The notes under the pieces were generated by a model. The model was not told where the DNA came from. It saw only the letters and a list, made by a program, of their open reading frames with translations, and searched no databases. Below are positions 15,710-20,000 of a stretch of DNA of 20,000 nucleotides, piece after piece (position 1 is the first letter of the stretch; every line of letters begins with the position of its first letter). Position numbers and translations under genes: made by a program. Origin of the DNA: an uncultured virus (IMG/VR IMGVR_UViG_3300046822_000192) (lineage: Duplodnaviria > Heunggongvirae > Uroviricota > Caudoviricetes); IMG/VR virus record IMGVR_UViG_3300046822_000192; one strand, written 5' to 3'.

Positions 15710-16065
15710 GTCCCAAAGTATTTATTGCGGCATTAATTTCTGGCGTGTTTGTATCCTGTATTGCAGTCATGGCGTTCACAGTAGTGGCTGTTCATACCGA
15801 TGCACAAAACGCTTTTGAAATGGAAGTGCAGGCACAGCACGACGTTATACGTCTGCATAGTTTGGAGCGATCGTTACGCATCGAAGATAGGAAGGGGCAT
15901 ATTGTGAGAAAATTTGTTCAAGTAGCTGTGGCTGTCGGGGCGGGTGGATTTAAATATATTTACGCTGTAACAGATGACGGCGTCATCATGAAATATGACA
16001 GTATCGGCCCCGGTGGCGAGTTTGGGTGGGTTGAGCTGCCAAAAGCGCCTGACAAAATAGGTTAA
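15706..16065 (+). CDS. membrane-anchored hypothetical protein
   Basis: ATGA overlap; N-terminal TM helix. Confidence 0.7.
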   Translation: MSPKVFIAALISGVFVSCIAVMAFTVVAVHTDAQNAFEMEVQAQHDVIRLHSLERSLRIEDRKGHIVRKFVQVAVAVGAGGFKYIYAVTDDGVIMKYDSIGPGGEFGWVELPKAPDKIG

Positions 16066-16070
16066 ATAAC

Positions 16071-16241
16071 ATGTGGTGGAAACTTACTATTTTGTTCACA
16101 GCTAATCTGTTTGCATATACATTGCTGTATGTTACGTACGCGTGGGCAGCTAAGACTATGCCGTCTCGTATAGTCTGGACTGCCGCTGTACTAGCTGGAA
16201 CGCTACTAGGATCTACGGTCGGTGAGCGGCTATTCAAATAA
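16071..16241 (+). CDS. small two-TM membrane protein (56 aa, holin-like; not in ORF track)
   Basis: MWWKLTILFTANLFAYTLLYVTYAWAAKTMPSRIVWTAAVLAGTLLGSTVGERLFK. Confidence 0.65.
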   Translation: MWWKLTILFTANLFAYTLLYVTYAWAAKTMPSRIVWTAAVLAGTLLGSTVGERLFK

Positions 16242-16244
16242 TTG

Positions 16245-16273
16245 TTGACTCCACCATACAGCAGTGGTAAGAT
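16245..16273 (+). promoter_or_regulatory. sigma70-like promoter with extended -10
   Basis: TTGACT-17 nt (ending TGG)-TAAGAT. Confidence 0.8.
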
Positions 16274-16278
16274 TCAAT

Positions 16279-16371
16279 CTCGGTACGATTGATTTAGGTC
16301 AGTCGTAGCTGGCGTGCTTCGATCTGGGGGGATGATTTTTGTCGCCCCGTTCGAGGCCGCCCCATGTCGAG
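16279..16371 (+). ncRNA. candidate structured RNA (three-way junction), family unknown
   Basis: Starts at the predicted TSS; closing stem CTCGG/TCGAG, hairpin TACGATTGAT-TTAG-GTCAGTCGTA, long bulged hairpin 16311-16361. Confidence 0.5.
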
Positions 16372-16424
16372 GCTTACATTTACAAAAAAGGAGCATTTGA
16401 AAAACTGTGAGGTAATATAAAAAA

Positions 16425-17096
16425 GTGTTGAAACTCAAATTGATTCTCTTATTGCTGTTCGTCAATTCCACCTGCTTCGCGCAGGTAACCCCGCCTCTGG
16501 AATCTCTTCCGGAGACACACTCCGAATGTGTTCTTCCTCTTATCGACCCCCTATTCACGTACAATGTTGATAGTCTGGTTGACCAGACGGTTATGGTTTC
16601 TTTGTCTGACGGGTACACCGCAGCCTATTACGTGCCAGCCGGGTCCTATGTGCGGTCATTTGTGCCAAACACGGACGGTTTGTTCTCCTGGGTTTTGATA
16701 CGCGGAACAGATAGACTCTCAGCCTATACCACATTAGAGCGTAATAACAACCTGCTCGTAACATGTAGTAATCCGAATATGCTGAAGCATACATTCGGAG
16801 GTACAGGATGGACCGGTGTAGCTATTGTAAATACCAACTCGGATAGGTTGGGTTTCGATTCTCCATCTTCTATACGTGTGAGTCTACTCGCTGAAGGCCA
16901 CCAAATTGGCCGGACACTGGTAGTGCATCCTGGTACGCAAAGCATTGTTTGGTTGGCGCAGTTCTTGCCGGACGATTTTGACATGAACGAGTTTCACACA
17001 TTTACTCTTGTGACGGACGTGCCCGGTGCTGGAATATTCCTAGTCAGCTATCGAGATCCGGTTCATCCGGCAAACGTTCTAGTCACAGAGTACTAA
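16425..17096 (+). CDS. secreted beta-rich hypothetical protein
   Basis: Signal peptide MLKLKLILLLLFVNSTCFA; WTGVAIVN segment; start may be TTG 16428. Confidence 0.75.
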   Translation: MLKLKLILLLLFVNSTCFAQVTPPLESLPETHSECVLPLIDPLFTYNVDSLVDQTVMVSLSDGYTAAYYVPAGSYVRSFVPNTDGLFSWVLIRGTDRLSAYTTLERNNNLLVTCSNPNMLKHTFGGTGWTGVAIVNTNSDRLGFDSPSSIRVSLLAEGHQIGRTLVVHPGTQSIVWLAQFLPDDFDMNEFHTFTLVTDVPGAGIFLVSYRDPVHPANVLVTEY

Positions 17097-17142
17097 AGAG
17101 CTTAAAAAATAGTCCTGCATGTGGAAAATTTAGGGCCGCACT

Positions 17143-17176
17143 TGTGTTATTCTGCCTCCTCACTTTTCGGTGAGGA
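17143..17176 (+). promoter_or_regulatory. extended -10 plus leader hairpin upstream of nrdJ
   Basis: TGTGTTATTCT then TCCTCAC-TTTTCG-GTGAGGA. Confidence 0.5.
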
Positions 17177-17190
17177 TTAACAGATACCCC

Positions 17191-18894
17191 ATGACAATTT
17201 GCGGCCCTACAGTCCCCTTCTGTGAAGAAGTTCATTCCCAGAAATATCGATCGGAAGGTGAATCTTTCCGTGAAGCAATCAATCGCGTAGCCTCTGCACT
17301 CCAAGATGATGATGAACATTTCCACAAGATCCAGGAGATCATGCTGGATATGCGATTTATGCCCGGTGGCCGTATTCAAACGGCTATGGGCAGCACGAAG
17401 AACGTCACGCCATACTCCTGTTTTGTAATTCCCATCGAAGATAGTTTTGTAGACGGCTCCAATTCCATCATGAATGCTGCAACCAATGCGGCGACAACGA
17501 TGCGAATGGGGGGAGGCGTGGGTTATGATTTCAGTTCTCTACGGCCTCGTGGCAGTCTTATTAAGAAACTCCAGTCGCTCTCTAGCGGTCCAATCAGTTT
17601 TATGCATATCTATGATGCGGTTTGCCGGGCAACGGCGTCCAGCGGGCATCGTAGGGGTGCTCAAATGTCTGTCTTGAGAGTAGACCACCCCGACATTGAA
17701 GAATTCATTCATGCAAAGAATAACCAGGACAAGCTAACAGGGTTCAATACCTCAATTGCAATCACGGACGAGTTCATGGCGGCTGTGCTTAGTCACAAAA
17801 AATTTGCACTTCGATTCGGCGGCGAAGTTCACCGGTTCGTAGATGCCTGCGAGCTGTGGGAAAATATCATGCGTTCCACGTGGGATTGGGCAGAGCCTGG
17901 AGTTCTGTTTATCGACCAGATTAATCGCATGAACAACCTTTGGTACTGTGAAACTCTTGCAGCGACCAATCCTTGTAGCGAACAGCCTCTCCCGCCATGG
18001 GGCGCGTGTCTGCTTGGCAGTTTCAATCTTGTTAAATATCTGCATCGGGATAAGATGGATCAGTGCTGGCGTTTCGATTACAGTAAATTCTACAGTGATA
18101 TTCCACACATTGTAGACATGATGGATAATGTTATTGATCGTGCCGTCTATCCGATGGATGCCCAATATCGTGAGGCGATATCTAAACGCCGGATGGGTCT
18201 CGGTATTACCGGACTGGCCAACGCAGGCGAAGCTCTAGGTTTTGAATATGGCAGTCTCAAGTTTCTCAATTTCGAGAATTCTATCTTACAAGAGCTGGCC
18301 GAGGGCGCATATCGTGCCAGTGTTAATCGAGCTATTAGAAAAGGGGCATTCCCATTATTTGATAGGGACAAATACTGCGCCGGAAATTTCATCAAAGGAT
18401 TATCCAAAGAAACTCAGGCTGCAATCTACACGCACGGTATTCGCAACAGTCATCTATTGAGTATCGCGCCGACAGGTACAATCAGTTTCTGTGCTGATAA
18501 TGTATCATCTGGAATTGAGCCTGTTTTCGCGTACTCGTTCGATCGAACTGTAATTGAATTTGGCGGGGCACGCACCGAAAAAATTGAAGACTATGGTGTG
18601 AAATTTCTGGGAGTTCGCGGTAAGCGTTCCAGCGAAGTTACTGCAGATCAGCACATTGATGTACTCGCGACAGCCCAACGGTGGTCGGACAGTTCTGTAA
18701 GCAAAACTGTCAATATGACCGGTGACATGCCGTGGGAATCTTTCAAAAATATCTATACAGAAGCGTGGAAGCGTGGTGCAAAGGGTTGCGCGACGTTCAA
18801 TGCGGACGGCAAACGTGCCGGGATGTTAATTGCTAAGGAGGATGAAGCGGTATCCTGCGCGATCGGACCTGACGGTAAAAAGGATTGCGGATAG
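17191..18894 (+). CDS. nrdJ: class II (adenosylcobalamin-dependent) ribonucleotide reductase
   Basis: SCFV, GGGVGYDFS, RRGAQM, TNPCSEQPL, ACLLGS, IAPTGTIS, SSGIEP, C-terminal Cys pair; no C-terminal YY of class I and no nrdB adjacent. Confidence 0.93.
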   Translation: MTICGPTVPFCEEVHSQKYRSEGESFREAINRVASALQDDDEHFHKIQEIMLDMRFMPGGRIQTAMGSTKNVTPYSCFVIPIEDSFVDGSNSIMNAATNAATTMRMGGGVGYDFSSLRPRGSLIKKLQSLSSGPISFMHIYDAVCRATASSGHRRGAQMSVLRVDHPDIEEFIHAKNNQDKLTGFNTSIAITDEFMAAVLSHKKFALRFGGEVHRFVDACELWENIMRSTWDWAEPGVLFIDQINRMNNLWYCETLAATNPCSEQPLPPWGACLLGSFNLVKYLHRDKMDQCWRFDYSKFYSDIPHIVDMMDNVIDRAVYPMDAQYREAISKRRMGLGITGLANAGEALGFEYGSLKFLNFENSILQELAEGAYRASVNRAIRKGAFPLFDRDKYCAGNFIKGLSKETQAAIYTHGIRNSHLLSIAPTGTISFCADNVSSGIEPVFAYSFDRTVIEFGGARTEKIEDYGVKFLGVRGKRSSEVTADQHIDVLATAQRWSDSSVSKTVNMTGDMPWESFKNIYTEAWKRGAKGCATFNADGKRAGMLIAKEDEAVSCAIGPDGKKDCG

Positions 18895-18913
18895 ATTCCG
18901 GGTGTGCTATATT
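18885..18913 (+). promoter_or_regulatory. promoter for a probable leaderless transcript
   Basis: TTGCGG-17 nt (ending TGTGC)-TATATT-7 nt-ATG 18921. Confidence 0.55.
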
Positions 18914-18920
18914 TCTACGC

Positions 18921-19313
18921 ATGAGCACGCCAAAGCTAGCTCGACTAGATAATATATTGGGATATACTACGCAGGCTCGCGATAAGACTCTGCGGACTTT
19001 CCGGCTGCGCTGCAAACATCTTACGCTAGCAGAAGAACGAGGCTCACCACCTTTCCGTATTTGTATGAGATGCGGAGCAATTGAACGTGGCTGGTATTGT
19101 GGATATCAAGTTCTTGTTTTGCGGTCCGAGAGTACCGCTGCTGCGCAGCCCGATCGACATGTCATAAGTTTTATCAGTGACAGACATTCATTAAGTGTCT
19201 TTAAACAATCTTGGCCTATGTACTGGGTGGGACAGAGTCACGAAAATTTCGGCAAGTACTGGGACTATAAATCCCTGACAGCAATTCCACTGCCGGGAAA
19301 GAAAACACAATAA
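18921..19313 (+). CDS. hypothetical protein with CxH...CxxC motif
   Basis: CKH...ICMRCG; TAATG coupling to the next gene. Confidence 0.7.
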   Translation: MSTPKLARLDNILGYTTQARDKTLRTFRLRCKHLTLAEERGSPPFRICMRCGAIERGWYCGYQVLVLRSESTAAAQPDRHVISFISDRHSLSVFKQSWPMYWVGQSHENFGKYWDYKSLTAIPLPGKKTQ

Positions 19314-20000
19314 TGATAGGAATTCCTACTCCTATACCACCTATAGGCACTAAGTTCGGTCAATGGACTGTAACTGGAAAAGCTGAAAGCCGTAAGAATG
19401 GTAAGAAGAGTAGTAAGATATATGTAGCTGTGGTATGTTCATGCGGAAAGGTCTTTTCACAGCATTTATTATCTACGTTGCATAATGGGAAGAGTACTAA
19501 ATGCAGATCTTGTTCAGCTAGAGAAGTGAAACAAGTGAAAGCTTTGCCAGTAGAAATTGATAAAGTATACGGCCAATGGCGTGTAACTGGACGTGCGCCG
19601 AGCAGTAAAAATGGATCAACTAGGGTTAATGTCGTGTGTTCTTGTGGCGTATCTGGTACGTGTTATTTGGGTACATTGATATCAGGAGTTAGTCAACGTT
19701 GCCGTAAATGTGCTTGGATAGCACAAAGGAAGCCTGAAACATCTGGACTGACCCGTATGATAAGTGTATATAAAAACAGCGCTATAAAACGTAAATATAC
19801 TTGGAATTTATCAATTTCTGCCGCTAAATATTTATTTGAATCCGATTGCTATTACTGCGGGACTGCTCCGAATCAGATTAGCACACCACGCATCAGTACC
19901 AGTGATCCCAACTATGCGCCAAATGTTTTTATCTACAATGGTATAGATCGTATTGATAATACTGAAGGGTATATTGATGGGAATGTTGTGGCCTGCTGTG
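19313..20000 (+). CDS. HNH homing-endonuclease-like protein (3' truncated; not in ORF track)
   Basis: Open from ATG 19313 to the window end: two GQW(T/R)V...VCSCG...CRxC repeats, then CYYCG...NGIDRIDNTEGYIDGNVVACC. Confidence 0.85.
   Translation, partial: MIGIPTPIPPIGTKFGQWTVTGKAESRKNGKKSSKIYVAVVCSCGKVFSQHLLSTLHNGKSTKCRSCSAREVKQVKALPVEIDKVYGQWRVTGRAPSSKNGSTRVNVVCSCGVSGTCYLGTLISGVSQRCRKCAWIAQRKPETSGLTRMISVYKNSAIKRKYTWNLSISAAKYLFESDCYYCGTAPNQISTPRISTSDPNYAPNVFIYNGIDRIDNTEGYIDGNVVACC

Noticed and set aside
16388..16420. AAGGAG followed by a TTG-started 7-codon mini-ORF (MKNCEVI)
   Set aside because: SD-to-start spacing is only 3 nt; too weak to call a leader peptide
17097..17190. Cobalamin riboswitch upstream of nrdJ
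   Set aside because: The gap is only 94 nt and has no B12-box-like sequence
17191..18894. Intein or intron in nrdJ
   Set aside because: The ORF is continuous and compact, with no intein-like insertion between the catalytic motifs
1..20000. Stop-codon reassignment
   Set aside because: Genes are intact and tightly coupled in the standard code; TAA, TAG and TGA all end genes; no suppressor anticodon among the complete tRNAs

Overview
A 20-kb segment of a dsDNA bacteriophage (or prophage) genome in the standard genetic code, with almost all genes on the + strand and many coupled by TAATG/ATGA overlaps. It opens with the end of a tRNA array (one partial tRNA plus Ser-GCT, Leu-TAA, Pro-TGG, Pro-CGG and Gln-CTG, none with encoded CCA). 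A divergent control region follows, then small early-type genes with sigma70-like promoters: a receiver-like/Zn-finger protein, a SAM methyltransferase, an HNH nuclease and HTH/RHH regulators. The replication/recombination block contains a DinG/XPD-type Fe-S helicase, a probable SSB, a PD-(D/E)XK nuclease with a DnaJ-type Zn finger, a phage metallopeptidase, an AAA_24/Sak4-like ATPase, a metallophosphoesterase and an ERCC4/XPF-like nuclease. The window ends with a membrane-anchored lytic transglycosylase plus small membrane proteins, a candidate structured RNA upstream of a secreted protein, a class II ribonucleotide reductase (nrdJ) and a truncated HNH homing-endonuclease-like gene. The most notable items are the promoter-driven three-way-junction RNA at about 16279-16371, two tRNA-Pro genes lacking the conserved G37, inverted repeats overlapping promoters and start codons, and an XPD/XPF-like pair. 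All calls come from reading motifs by eye; no database searches were run.
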